Assembly: GCA_049607665.1 (NCBI GenBank)
Contig: JBMYWT010000002.1
Span: 368-64,367 of the forward strand
DNA: 64,000 nucleotides
Source: Maricaulaceae bacterium
GTDB taxonomy: Bacteria > Pseudomonadota > Alphaproteobacteria > Caulobacterales > Maricaulaceae
Direction of reading: 5' to 3'
A program made the translations under genes and the position numbers. Every line of letters starts with the position of its first letter. The first letter of the stretch is position 1. The notes beneath the pieces were generated by a model. The model worked only from the letters and a program-made list of their open reading frames with translations, did not search any database and had not been told where the DNA came from. Of the stretch, positions 1 to 12,379 are shown piece by piece.

Positions 1-609
1 GCCCATGCCGCTTTGGCGAAAGGACGCTCTAGCGATACTCTGGCAGATTATGACGCCGAAGTCCGTAGCGGCCCAATTGGGCAAGATTTGAAACCTGTTC
101 GCAACGTTGCGCCGCTTAATGCACGCTTCGGCCCGCTCCTTGGCGGTATGATGATGGGCGGCATGGATATGTGGGCGGCCACAATCGCCAAGTTCAATAT
201 CTTTGGTACTATGAGCCACGGCAAAGACGACGCCAATTCGACAGAAAAAGATAGCGATCATAAACCAATTGACTATCCGAAACCTGACGGCGTGATTTCA
301 TTTGACCGCCTTACGAATGTAAGCTTCTCGGCGACAAATCATTCGGAAGAGCAGCCAAGCCATCTGAAATTACTCGACGCTTCTGTGCCGATTGCGGTGA
401 ATTTGCCGGAATTTGCGGAACCCGCGCAGCGTTATTGCCCCGCTGGTGTTTACGAAGTTTTGACTGATGACGATGGATCCAATCCGCGTTTTAATGTAAA
501 TTCGCAAAACTGCGTTCACTGCAAGACATGCGATATTAAAGACCCGAGCAAAAATATCGTCTGGTGTGTACCTGAAGGTGCGGGTGGCCCAAATTATCCA
601 AATATGTAA
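1..609 (+). CDS. electron-transfer flavoprotein-ubiquinone oxidoreductase (ETF-QO), C-terminal part; the 5' end lies upstream of the window
   Basis: The frame is open from base 1. The translation ends YCPAGVYEV...NCVHCKTCDIKDPSKNIVWCVPEGAGGPNYPNM, the ferredoxin-like 4Fe-4S C-terminus typical of ETF-QO. Confidence 0.85.
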   Translation, partial: AHAALAKGRSSDTLADYDAEVRSGPIGQDLKPVRNVAPLNARFGPLLGGMMMGGMDMWAATIAKFNIFGTMSHGKDDANSTEKDSDHKPIDYPKPDGVISFDRLTNVSFSATNHSEEQPSHLKLLDASVPIAVNLPEFAEPAQRYCPAGVYEVLTDDDGSNPRFNVNSQNCVHCKTCDIKDPSKNIVWCVPEGAGGPNYPNM

Positions 610-645
610 TAGGGATATTCCTAAGTTTTACCTTTAAGGATATTT

Positions 646-2373
646 ATGCCTTTTCGTCATTTTGTTTCATCTTTCCTGCCGCTTGCCGTCATAACTGTTG
701 CGGCCCTTGGGTCGTGCAACACGTCGGCCCAAACAAGCGATGTAGTTGATGGCAGACTTACGGAAGGCAAGCTCTTTGGCGAATATTTGGCGGGCACATA
801 TGCCAATTACCTTGATGATGCTCAGGCCCGTTCGTCCTATTATGCCAAGGCCTATAGCCGGTTGCCTGAGAATGTGAATTTAGGCCGCCGGGCTGTTACC
901 TCCGCTTTGACGGCGGGGGATATAAAACTCGCCTACACGCTTGCGGCGCAAGTAAACAAAGCTGATGAGGATGAACCCATGGCGGATGCTGTTCTCGGCG
1001 CTAAGGCTATGGCAGCGGGTAAATATAAACGCTCCTTGAAATCCCTGGATGTTCAAACGGCTGACTTAACCGTTAGCATTATGATGCACCTGATAAAGGG
1101 GTGGGCGCAAATGGGGGCAAAGGACGTAGAGGCCGCGCGTAAGACATTTAAAAACCTTCCGGGCGGAGGGTATTTTACGCGTTTTGGTCTTTTGCAAACG
1201 GCTGAACTTGAAATTCAACAAGGCGAGTTTGAAGCGGCACATGATGCTTTGGTTGAACTCGAAGCCCAAGGCACACGTACCCTAGATTTGGAAATGCATC
1301 TGACCAAGGCGCGTCTTTTATGTGCAAAAGGCGACTTGGACGGGGCGTTGAAAATGCTTGAAGCTTATTCGGCTGATAACGGGTCTTTCGAAACGGGTCC
1401 TGTGCGCGCCGCGATTGAACAATTGAAAACAGGCAGGCCTCTTGATCATAAGTTTACGCCGCAAGAGCTAGCTTCGCGCGCTCTAACGCAGCCCGCTTAT
1501 GGTTTCTTTGCGCAAAACCGCGCGCTTGACGCTGCCGAAGTATTCCTGCGTATCGCGCTTACGCTCGATCCTAATTATCACAAGGGTAAATTATGGACGG
1601 GTGACGTGCTTGCGGCCTATGACCGTAATGAAGAGGCCTTGGCGTTTTACGACCAAGTGCCGCTGAGCTCGCCTTATTATGTGTCGTCCCGTCTTTCGGA
1701 AGGGTATCTTTATGTCCGTCATGATGAAGACGAAAAAGCGTTGTCCGTTTTTGAAGAGGTCAACGAATCTCATCCCTCTTTCGTAACGCGTGATGCGCTG
1801 GGCCGCGCGCATTTATCCGAAGAAAATTACGAAGCCGCGATCCCGATATATGAAGCATTGGTTGCGAGCCTAACTGAGGACGAACTCTCCGAAGACCCGC
1901 AAGCGCTGTATTTGCGCGGCATATGTTATGAACGTGTTGGCGAATGGGAAAAAGCGGTTGTTGATTTTCAACGTGTCTTGGCCGTTAAGCCAAATGATGC
2001 GGATGCTCTCAATTATCTTGGATATACATGGGTGGACCGGGGCGAAAATTTGGAAAAAGCTTTCGCTATGATCCGAAAAGCCGTCGAGCTTGAGCCATCA
2101 AGCGGGGCGATTGTCGACAGTTTAGGATGGGCGCATTATAAGCTGGGTCAATATGACGAGGCGAAGGAAAATCTTGAAAAAGCCGTCGTGTTATCGCCGT
2201 CTAGCGCCACAATTATCGACCACCTTGGTGATGTGTACTGGAAGCTAGGCCGTAAAAACGAGGCGGGTTATCAATGGGAACGCGCGCTAAACTACGACCC
2301 TACGGATAAAGAACGCGAAGATATTGCCGCCAAATTAAAAGGCGGATTATCCGCCGTGCAGCCTGCGCCGTAA
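646..2373 (+). CDS. tetratricopeptide-repeat (TPR) protein, probably exported or a lipoprotein
   Basis: 575-aa ORF with an N-terminal hydrophobic signal ending LGSCNT. It has repeated TPR-like helices, e.g. ALNYLGYTWVDRGENLEKAFAMIRKAVELEP and GWAHYKLGQYDEAKENLEKAVVLSP. Confidence 0.8.
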   Translation: MPFRHFVSSFLPLAVITVAALGSCNTSAQTSDVVDGRLTEGKLFGEYLAGTYANYLDDAQARSSYYAKAYSRLPENVNLGRRAVTSALTAGDIKLAYTLAAQVNKADEDEPMADAVLGAKAMAAGKYKRSLKSLDVQTADLTVSIMMHLIKGWAQMGAKDVEAARKTFKNLPGGGYFTRFGLLQTAELEIQQGEFEAAHDALVELEAQGTRTLDLEMHLTKARLLCAKGDLDGALKMLEAYSADNGSFETGPVRAAIEQLKTGRPLDHKFTPQELASRALTQPAYGFFAQNRALDAAEVFLRIALTLDPNYHKGKLWTGDVLAAYDRNEEALAFYDQVPLSSPYYVSSRLSEGYLYVRHDEDEKALSVFEEVNESHPSFVTRDALGRAHLSEENYEAAIPIYEALVASLTEDELSEDPQALYLRGICYERVGEWEKAVVDFQRVLAVKPNDADALNYLGYTWVDRGENLEKAFAMIRKAVELEPSSGAIVDSLGWAHYKLGQYDEAKENLEKAVVLSPSSATIIDHLGDVYWKLGRKNEAGYQWERALNYDPTDKEREDIAAKLKGGLSAVQPAP

Positions 2374-2377
2374 ATTT

Positions 2378-3262
2378 GTGCCTCCATCTGCTGTCACAGA
2401 ATATGCGCGCGCGAAAGTAAATCTGACATTACATGTCGGGGCTCTTATTGAAGATAAAGAAGACCGCTTTTATGGCTATCATCCCGTGGATAGCCTTGTT
2501 GTTTTCGCCGATGTGGCTGACAAAATCACTTTGACGCCTGCGCTTGAAACAAGCCTCTCCATATCAGGGCAGCTTGCATCGTCCTTGGAGGTTGCGCCGG
2601 ATAATTTAATCTTGAAGGCAGTTGAACGCGTTAGGGAAAAAGCCAGTATTCCTGAGTTTTCTATCCATCTTGAAAAAAACATTCCCGTGTCAGCGGGCCT
2701 TGGGGGCGGCAGCGCCAATGCGGCGGCCGTGCTGCGGGCGCTAGAAAATTTTTGTGATTTACCAGAAACGCAGTGGCACGAGATAGCGCTTTCACTGGGC
2801 GCGGATGTTCCTGTTTGCCGATTATCTCAAACTGCGCATATGGCGGGTATTGGCGAGCGGGTTACGCCTTGGAAGAATAGCCAAGTTTTATATGCTATTT
2901 TGATTAATCCTCTTGTAGGGGTTTCGACGGGGGCAGTATTCAAGGCCTTTGACAGTCAACCACGTAGTGCTTTGCCGGCAAAACAAATCAATAATCATAC
3001 ATTATTAGGAACAGCTTTGGCTGGGACGAATGATTTACAACGTGTTGCTATGATGCAGCTTCCCCTCATAGACGAAATCATTGCAATTCTTTCCGCCCAA
3101 AAGGGGTGTGAACTAGCGCGCATGTCAGGCTCTGGTGCAAGTTGTTTCGCTATATTTGAAACCCAAAAGTGTAGCCAAATGGCTATGCAATGTATTATAG
3201 AGCATTATCCGCAATGGTGGGTTGTTGCGACTTGTTTCGACGCAAAGATAGAGGGTGAATAA
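2378..3262 (+). CDS. ispE: 4-diphosphocytidyl-2-C-methyl-D-erythritol kinase
   Basis: N-terminal AKVNLTLHV and the GHMP-kinase ATP loop PVSAGLGGGSANAAAVL. The GTG start lies 4 nt after the TPR stop. Confidence 0.9.
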   Translation: MPPSAVTEYARAKVNLTLHVGALIEDKEDRFYGYHPVDSLVVFADVADKITLTPALETSLSISGQLASSLEVAPDNLILKAVERVREKASIPEFSIHLEKNIPVSAGLGGGSANAAAVLRALENFCDLPETQWHEIALSLGADVPVCRLSQTAHMAGIGERVTPWKNSQVLYAILINPLVGVSTGAVFKAFDSQPRSALPAKQINNHTLLGTALAGTNDLQRVAMMQLPLIDEIIAILSAQKGCELARMSGSGASCFAIFETQKCSQMAMQCIIEHYPQWWVVATCFDAKIEGE

Positions 3263-3266
3263 AGCA

Positions 3267-4298
3267 ATGTTTCTAATATCATTTCTTATTGCGCTGGTTG
3301 TGTCCTTGGCCATAACAAGTTTGATGATTAAAGCGGGGGTGAGTGACATCCCCCTCGATCGTTCGAGCCATAAACATGCTACGCCAACTTGTGGAGGCGT
3401 AGCTTTTATTGCGTCAATAGGCGTTGTGGTTGTGAGCTATTATTTTCAGGGCGGGTTTGCAAATGCTATATCTGTGCCTTTATTAGCGCTTATCGTTTCT
3501 GTGGCGATTATGGGGTTAATGGACGATATTATAATCGCAGGTTCAACAGCTAAATTTATTATTATGGCCTTTATGGCAGGGGCTTCAGTGGCTGTGATAG
3601 GGCCAGTTGACAGCCTCGCTTTAGGTATTGGTGAAATTCAAGTGCCAATTTGGTTGGGGTATATTTGTGGCGCCATATGGATTTCTACCGCCATGAATTT
3701 AATCAATTTTATTGATGGAGCCAATGGCATGCAGGCATTGAATATGGGGATATCCTTTGCTGGTTTACTTGTTTTTTCTGTCCTTATGAATGCCAATGGA
3801 GCCGCTTTATTGTCGCTTGCTATGTTGGCAGGTTATCTTGGGTTTGCGCCTTTTAATATAAGAGAACATGCTCGTATATTTTCTGGCGATGTTGGCGCTG
3901 TGACAGCCGGGTATGTTTACGCTATTGCAGTTTTAATTTTAGCCAAGGAAAGTGGAAATTCGAGCGCGATTTATATCGGCCCATTACTAATTCTACCAAC
4001 TCTAACAGATACTGTTCTAACCGTTGTAAGGCGCGTGCAATCGGGAAACAATATTTTCAAAGCTCATAATACGCATTTGTTTCAAAAAATGATCCGCATT
4101 CGTGGCGCGCACTTACCTGTGAGTTTTAAATATGCTGGAGTCACAGCTTTAAACGTATTGATTGTTTTCTGTGCAGCGCAGTTGAATTTTGTGCGAAATC
4201 CGGCTTTTGTGGCGGTTGCGATTATAGTTGCAATAATTATTTATCAAATTTTACATCGGCGCGCAAAAATACTAGATACAGCGCCAAGTATTAATTAA
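3267..4298 (+). CDS. glycosyltransferase family 4 (MraY/WecA-like polyprenyl-phosphate sugar-1-phosphate transferase)
   Basis: Polytopic membrane protein with the GT4 signatures GLMDDI and NLINFIDGANGM. The ATG at 3267 follows AGAGGG; an alternative GTG start at 3255 cannot be excluded. Visibly more AT-rich than its neighbours. Confidence 0.78.
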   Translation: MFLISFLIALVVSLAITSLMIKAGVSDIPLDRSSHKHATPTCGGVAFIASIGVVVVSYYFQGGFANAISVPLLALIVSVAIMGLMDDIIIAGSTAKFIIMAFMAGASVAVIGPVDSLALGIGEIQVPIWLGYICGAIWISTAMNLINFIDGANGMQALNMGISFAGLLVFSVLMNANGAALLSLAMLAGYLGFAPFNIREHARIFSGDVGAVTAGYVYAIAVLILAKESGNSSAIYIGPLLILPTLTDTVLTVVRRVQSGNNIFKAHNTHLFQKMIRIRGAHLPVSFKYAGVTALNVLIVFCAAQLNFVRNPAFVAVAIIVAIIIYQILHRRAKILDTAPSIN

Positions 4299-5307
4299 TG
4301 CGTTCAACTACGTAATCGGCGAGATCCTGCAAAGTTGATCGCCAAGCATTGTCTTCAAAAACAGTGAGAGCTTCACGGGCTTGATGAGCAAAATCTCGTG
4401 CCATATTTAAGGTGTCATCAAGAGCGCCGGCGCTACGCATCAGAGACACAGCGCGCTCTAGGTCGACGTCTTCTTGTTCATTATCAACAATGACGCGCTT
4501 CCAAAACGTAATATCTTCAGGGCTGGCGGCGGCAAAGGCGCGTATCACGGGGAGGGTGACTTTCCCTTCGCGGAAGTCATCACCCACAGATTTACCGAGC
4601 GCGCTTTCAAATCCGCCGTAATCCAATGCGTCATCGACGAGCTGAAAGGCGAGGCCAAGCTTCAGGCCATAATCTCGCATAGCGGCGCGCTCTTCGGTGC
4701 TGCGCCGCGCAATCACGGGCGCGACTTCAGTGGCCGCTGCAAATAGGGCCGCCGTCTTCGCGCCGATCACATCCATATAATCTTGTTCGCTCATATGAAT
4801 ATTGCGGAGCTGCGCGAGTTGCTGCACTTCACCTTCTGCAATCACTGAGGAGGCATTCGATAAAATACCTAGCGCGTCCATATTGCCCGTCTCAACCATC
4901 AGGTTGAAGGCACGCGCGAAGAGGAAATCACCCACTAAAATACTGGCGGAGTTTCCCCAAATCAAATTGGCGGGTTTCTTCCCGCGCCGCAGGGCGCTTT
5001 CATCCACCACATCATCATGCAGGAGTGTCGCGGAGTGAATAAATTCAACAGCCGCCGCGAGCTTATGGTGATCAATGCCCTCATATCCACATAGCGCCGC
5101 GCAAGAGACCGTTAGCAAAGGCCGCAGACGTTTCCCGCCTGCCCCAACCAAATGTTGCGCCAGATCAGGGATCATCCCGACGGGACTGCGCATGCGCTCT
5201 AAAATCAGCGCATCAACTGCCGCCATATCCTCTGCGGCAAGCGAAAAAAGCCGCTCTGCTGGCGTCGAAGTAGATGTTTCTAGCGATATATGTGCGGGAG
5301 CGTTCAC
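4291..5307 (-). CDS. ispB: polyprenyl (octaprenyl) diphosphate synthase
   Basis: Both aspartate-rich motifs of trans-prenyltransferases are present: LLHDDVVDESALRRGK and FQLVDDALDY. Confidence 0.85.
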   Translation of the reverse strand: MNAPAHISLETSTSTPAERLFSLAAEDMAAVDALILERMRSPVGMIPDLAQHLVGAGGKRLRPLLTVSCAALCGYEGIDHHKLAAAVEFIHSATLLHDDVVDESALRRGKKPANLIWGNSASILVGDFLFARAFNLMVETGNMDALGILSNASSVIAEGEVQQLAQLRNIHMSEQDYMDVIGAKTAALFAAATEVAPVIARRSTEERAAMRDYGLKLGLAFQLVDDALDYGGFESALGKSVGDDFREGKVTLPVIRAFAAASPEDITFWKRVIVDNEQEDVDLERAVSLMRSAGALDDTLNMARDFAHQAREALTVFEDNAWRSTLQDLADYVVERIN

Positions 5308-5424
5308 AGGCGTCCTTTTAATACCTATATAAACTAGGACGACTAGCGTGTCGCAGCAAGTCTTTTAAACGAGGCGCGGCGTCGCAGGGCATCACGATTA
5401 AGTTAAAACCGTGGAGATAATGAA

Positions 5425-5652
5425 ATGAAAACAGTTTTGAAAACAACAAATCCAGCGACGTTGAATTTCGCAGAAGCGATTTTAAAAGATGCCGATATTC
5501 CTGCCTTCATTATGGATCAACATATGAGCATGCTTGAAGGGTCTATCGGTATTATTCCGCGCCGTATTATGGTGGTTGATGAAGATGCAGAGGACGCCAA
5601 AGCCGCTTTGACAGCTAACGGTTTGGATGAGGACATCTATCACGGTAAATGA
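5425..5652 (+). CDS. small DUF2007-type (putative signal-transducing) protein
   Basis: 75-aa ORF. The pattern FAEAILKDADIPAFIMDQHMS...GIIPRRIMVVDEDAEDAKAAL matches the DUF2007 fold pattern. Confidence 0.6.
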   Translation: MKTVLKTTNPATLNFAEAILKDADIPAFIMDQHMSMLEGSIGIIPRRIMVVDEDAEDAKAALTANGLDEDIYHGK

Positions 5653-5731
5653 GAGGCCTTGCGACGATAATGTCTCTTGAATTCTGCGCCCCGCGCGATA
5701 GGGTCGCGCCAAATTTACTGCCGGAAACCTC

Positions 5732-6643
5732 ATGGCTAATTCTGATAAAAAACCACTCTCTTTCCAAGACCTCATTCTGACTCTTCAGGCCTATTGGGCC
5801 AAACAAGGTTGCGTGATTTTGCAACCCTTTGACACAGAAGTCGGCGCGGGCACATTGCACCCTGCCACCGTGCTGCGTTCGCTCGGGCCAAAGGAATGGA
5901 ATGTGGCCTACGTGCAGCCATCCCGCCGTCCGGCCGATGGCCGCTACGGGCAAAACCCCAATCGCTTGCAACATTATTATCAATTCCAAGTTATCATGAA
6001 GCCCAATCCGAAAAACTACCAAGAGCTGTACCTCGGCTCGCTCGATGCCATCGGCATTGACCGCGATCTACATGATATTCGCTTCGTTGAGGATGATTGG
6101 GAAAATCCAACCGTGGGCGCATGGGGCCTTGGCTGGGAAGTTTGGTGCGACGGCATGGAAGTCTCGCAATATACTTATTTCCAACAAGTCGGCGGCCTTG
6201 ATCTTGACCTTGTCTCAGGCGAGCTGACCTACGGCCTCGAACGCCTCGCTATGTATGTGCAGGGCGTGGATAATGTTTACGATCTGGCGTTTAACGATAG
6301 CGGCGTGAAATATGGCGATGTCTTCCATGAAAACGAAGTGCAGCAATCGACCTATAATTTCGAACATGCCGACACAGACCGCCTCTTGAAATGGTTCGTG
6401 GATAGCGAAGAAGAGTGTAATTATTTACTAAAGCTTGACGACCCGCTTCCGCTGCCTGCTTATGAGTATGCCCTCAAGGCCTCGCATCTGTTTAACTTGC
6501 TCGACGCGCGCGGTGTGGTGTCGCCAACACAGCGCCAAGAATATATTAAACGCGTTCGCGATCTCGCCAAAGGCTGCGCCGAGGCCCATGTGGCGCGCGA
6601 GAAAAAGCTCATGGACGCGGGCCAAGATCGGGCGTGGGGATAA
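5732..6643 (+). CDS. glyQ: glycine--tRNA ligase alpha subunit
   Basis: Highly conserved GlyQ sequence ([36 protein letters not shown]..., ...[18 protein letters not shown]). Confidence 0.95.
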   Translation: MANSDKKPLSFQDLILTLQAYWAKQGCVILQPFDTEVGAGTLHPATVLRSLGPKEWNVAYVQPSRRPADGRYGQNPNRLQHYYQFQVIMKPNPKNYQELYLGSLDAIGIDRDLHDIRFVEDDWENPTVGAWGLGWEVWCDGMEVSQYTYFQQVGGLDLDLVSGELTYGLERLAMYVQGVDNVYDLAFNDSGVKYGDVFHENEVQQSTYNFEHADTDRLLKWFVDSEEECNYLLKLDDPLPLPAYEYALKASHLFNLLDARGVVSPTQRQEYIKRVRDLAKGCAEAHVAREKKLMDAGQDRAWG

Positions 6644-6645
6644 TC

Positions 6646-8880
6646 ATGGCCGAACTTTTATTTGAAATTTTCTGCGAAGAAATTCCTGCGCGTATGCAGA
6701 TTCGGGCGGGCGCTGACTTGTCTAAGGCGATCACGGATGGCCTTAAAAAAGCGGGCCTGAAAGTCGAGAGCGTGCAGACCCTTACGGGGCCGCGTCGTCT
6801 TGTTTACGTGGCTGATGTGCCGCTTCGCAGCCCTGACATTTCCGAGGAACGCAAGGGGCCGCGTGTTGGCTCCCCTGAACAGGCGCTCGCAGGCTTCATG
6901 CGCGGCGCGGGGCTAACCGATATTTCGCAGGCCGAGATTCGCAGTGATAAAAAGAAGGGCGATCACTATGTCGCCGTTATCGAAAAAAACGGCGAAGATA
7001 CGGCGGATATTCTCTCCGCGCTTATCCCCGATGTGCTAAATAATTTCCCATGGCCGAAATCGATGAAATCAGGCGCCGAGAGCTTCCGTTGGGTACGTCC
7101 GCTCCAGCGTATGATCTGCTTGCTCGGCGGGGATGTTGTGCCTGTCACGGCTGGCGGCGTAACGGCAGCGAACATTACCGAAGGTCACCGCCGTCACGGC
7201 GCGGGGCCGTTCACGGTGAAAAATTTCGCCGATTATAAAGACACGCTCGAAGGCGAAGGCCATGTCATTTTGGGCGCGGACGCGCGCAAAGAGTTGATCC
7301 TGACAGATGCGCGCAAAGCCTGCGCTGCCAAAGGTTTGGAACTGGTTGAAGACGAAGGCCTCCTGAATGAAGTCGCGGGTTTGGCCGAATGGCCCGTCGT
7401 GATTCTGGGCGATATGGACCCGTCTTTCCTAGAGCTGCCAGGCGAAGTGATCCGCCTCTCTATGCGCACGCACCAGAAATATTTTGCGGTGCGCGACCCG
7501 AAAACAGGCAGCCTCGCGCCAAACTTCATCGTCGTTGCCAACCAAGCTGCACCCGATGGCGGCAAAGCCATAGCCGAAGGAAACAGCCGCGTTCTCTCCG
7601 CCCGCCTCGGTGACGCGCAATTCTTCCAAGGCGAAGACGCCAAGAAAAAATTGATCGACTATTACGACAAACTCGACACCGTTGTCTTCCATAAAAAACT
7701 TGGCTCTATCAAAGATAAAGCAGAACGTGTTGCGGCTTTGGCAAAAACGATTGCCCCAAAAGTTGGCGCAGATGCCAACAAAGCGGAACAAGCGGCCAAG
7801 CTCGCGAAGTGTGATCTCGTTACTCAAACCGTTATCGAATTTACATCCCTACAAGGCCAAATCGGCCGCTTAATGTATGGACGCGAAGGCGGCGACGCCG
7901 ATATCGCCGAAGCCATTGAAGATCATTACAAACCACAAGGCCCAAGTGATGCTGTGCCAAGCAACCCAGTTGCTGTAGCTGTGGCGCTAGCTGATAAGCT
8001 GGATACGCTTGTCGGTTTTTGGGCGATTGAAGAGAAACCTACAGGGAGTAAGGACCCTTATGCTCTGAGACGTGCTGCTTTGGGGTTAGTGCGGATTATA
8101 TTGGAAAATAAAATCCGTATTAAAATTTTATCGTTGATTAAATTACTTTCACCACGAACAGTTTTTTCAATCGCAAATAATTCTGATCTTAAAAACGATG
8201 CATCAGACAGTTCGGTTCTCAAGGTTATTTTTGATATCAAATCTGAGCTAAGTACAAAAAATAAACAGAATATACTTGAACTAGATTTGAGTGACATTGT
8301 GCGTAGTAATAAAGTTGATCAACATATTGTAGCTTTTTGGGGGTTTGATGTTTTTGAATTCATCCTTGACCGTTTAAAGGTTTACCTTCGTGATAAAAAC
8401 ATTCGGCATGATGTCATTGATGCGGTTTTAAGTAATAAAAAGCATTTTGCTTTAATCGCAAAAGAAGATGATCTCGTCTCTATCGTCAACCGCACTGAAG
8501 CTTTACAAGACTTCCTCACGACGGATGCGGGCGTGAATCTGCTTGCGGGTTATAAACGCGCGGCGAATATCTTGAAGGCCGAAGGCAAGAAAGGCGCTCT
8601 CCCTGAAGGCGCGCCAAGTGCGCCGTCCAATGCGGATGCGGCGAAACTCTTTGCGGCGCTGCAATCGGCGTCGGGCGACATTGACGCCGCACTTGGCAAA
8701 GAATCTTATAGCGACGCGATGACGGCCTTATCTGAACTGCGCGGCCCGATTGACGGCTTCTTTGAGAATGTCATGGTGGTCGATGAAGACGCCGCTGTGC
8801 GCGGTAATAATTTGAAACTCTTACTGCAAATTCGCGAGACGGCTGGGCGGATTGCAGACTTTGAAAAAGTAGACGGTTAA
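6646..8880 (+). CDS. glyS: glycine--tRNA ligase beta subunit
   Basis: Begins MAELLFEIFCEEIPARMQ, the canonical GlyS N-terminus, 2 nt after the glyQ stop. Contains DPYALRRAALG and DRLKVYLRDKNIRHDVIDAV. It carries an AT-rich internal patch (see findings). Confidence 0.93.
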   Translation: MAELLFEIFCEEIPARMQIRAGADLSKAITDGLKKAGLKVESVQTLTGPRRLVYVADVPLRSPDISEERKGPRVGSPEQALAGFMRGAGLTDISQAEIRSDKKKGDHYVAVIEKNGEDTADILSALIPDVLNNFPWPKSMKSGAESFRWVRPLQRMICLLGGDVVPVTAGGVTAANITEGHRRHGAGPFTVKNFADYKDTLEGEGHVILGADARKELILTDARKACAAKGLELVEDEGLLNEVAGLAEWPVVILGDMDPSFLELPGEVIRLSMRTHQKYFAVRDPKTGSLAPNFIVVANQAAPDGGKAIAEGNSRVLSARLGDAQFFQGEDAKKKLIDYYDKLDTVVFHKKLGSIKDKAERVAALAKTIAPKVGADANKAEQAAKLAKCDLVTQTVIEFTSLQGQIGRLMYGREGGDADIAEAIEDHYKPQGPSDAVPSNPVAVAVALADKLDTLVGFWAIEEKPTGSKDPYALRRAALGLVRIILENKIRIKILSLIKLLSPRTVFSIANNSDLKNDASDSSVLKVIFDIKSELSTKNKQNILELDLSDIVRSNKVDQHIVAFWGFDVFEFILDRLKVYLRDKNIRHDVIDAVLSNKKHFALIAKEDDLVSIVNRTEALQDFLTTDAGVNLLAGYKRAANILKAEGKKGALPEGAPSAPSNADAAKLFAALQSASGDIDAALGKESYSDAMTALSELRGPIDGFFENVMVVDEDAAVRGNNLKLLLQIRETAGRIADFEKVDG

Positions 8881-8891
8881 TAGGTATCATC

Positions 8892-11548
<2,657 letters not shown>

Positions 11549-11552
<4 letters not shown>

Positions 11553-11567
11553 CCGGTAATTAACCAT
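11549..11567 (+). promoter_or_regulatory. candidate CtrA-type box TTAA-N7-TTAAC (TTAACCGGTAATTAACCAT)
   Basis: TTAA at 11549-11552, a 7-nt spacer, then TTAACCAT at 11560-11567. It overlaps the ppdK stop codon and lies about 115 bp upstream of the SleB-like gene start. Identified by pattern match only. Confidence 0.35.
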
Positions 11568-11682
11568 AATAACCCCATTTTGTGCTAAATGTGACACATA
11601 TCACGCGAATCCGGCCTGATATATGCAGTGTCGATGTCAGATTAGGTTGCAGACTCTAATCGGTATTCTTATGTGGCAGGGT

Positions 11683-12369
11683 ATGAGACTTATACACGCG
11701 ATTCTTATAGGCTGGACGATTATGTTCGCCGCTATTGGCAGTGCCATAATCGCGTTTCCTGCGATTGCGGACAAGGCTGAGACACGCCGTGAAAGTGCCT
11801 TTTGGCAAGAGCGTGCGCAATCCTATGTGTCTACGGCTGATGCCATAGTGATCGAAGGCCAAGGCGTGACATCTGCGATTAATATGGAAAATATTGCGCC
11901 GATAACGAAACTTAAACAAGCAAAGCATGTTGTGCGAGAACACCGCTGTCTCTCAGAAGCGATTTATTACGAAGCGCGCTCGGAAACACGTGCAGGCCAA
12001 AAGGCCGTTGCCGAAGTTGTGATTAACCGCGCGAAAAGCCGTCACTATCCAGATACGGTTTGCGGCGTTGTCTATGAGGGTGCAGCCCGCACGACAGGTT
12101 GTCAGTTTAGTTTCACGTGCGACGGAGCAACAGCGAAGACGCCTCATGGGAAACATTGGAACCGTGCACAAGAAGTAGCTCGCTTGAGCCTAACGAGCGG
12201 TTATACGCCGTTTATGGGCCGAGCAACGCATTACCATACGCTTGACGTTAATCCGCCTTGGTCAAGTGATTTGCACATGATCGGCCAAGTCGGGGATCAC
12301 AAATTCTACCGCTTCCGGTGGAAAGAACGCAACGCAAGCGCCACGCTAATGGTAGCACCTCCGATTTAG
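11683..12369 (+). CDS. SleB-family cell wall hydrolase
   Basis: CLSEAIYYEARSE...GQKAVAEVVINRAKSRHYPDTVCGVVY...CQFSF is the hydrolase_2/SleB signature. The start was chosen at MRLIHAIL, which has a signal-like N-terminus and GGCAGGG upstream; the ORF is open from 11623. Confidence 0.8.
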   Translation: MRLIHAILIGWTIMFAAIGSAIIAFPAIADKAETRRESAFWQERAQSYVSTADAIVIEGQGVTSAINMENIAPITKLKQAKHVVREHRCLSEAIYYEARSETRAGQKAVAEVVINRAKSRHYPDTVCGVVYEGAARTTGCQFSFTCDGATAKTPHGKHWNRAQEVARLSLTSGYTPFMGRATHYHTLDVNPPWSSDLHMIGQVGDHKFYRFRWKERNASATLMVAPPI

Positions 12370-12379
12370 TCTTGTTTGC

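Noticed and set aside
4291-4298. An 8-bp convergent overlap of the GT4 and ispB stop codons inside TTAATTAA
   Set aside because: It is real in the sequence but is a trivial consequence of two stops sharing a palindrome. There is no evidence of regulatory meaning on its own, so I mention it only under the GT4 finding.
8085-8475. Whether the AT-rich patch in glyS is an inserted mobile element, intein or IS remnant
   Set aside because: The reading frame is continuous, and I saw no terminal inverted or direct repeats, transposase or homing-endonuclease motifs, or intein splice-junction residues. The patch also encodes conserved GlyS helices. I report it only as a compositional mosaic or expansion.
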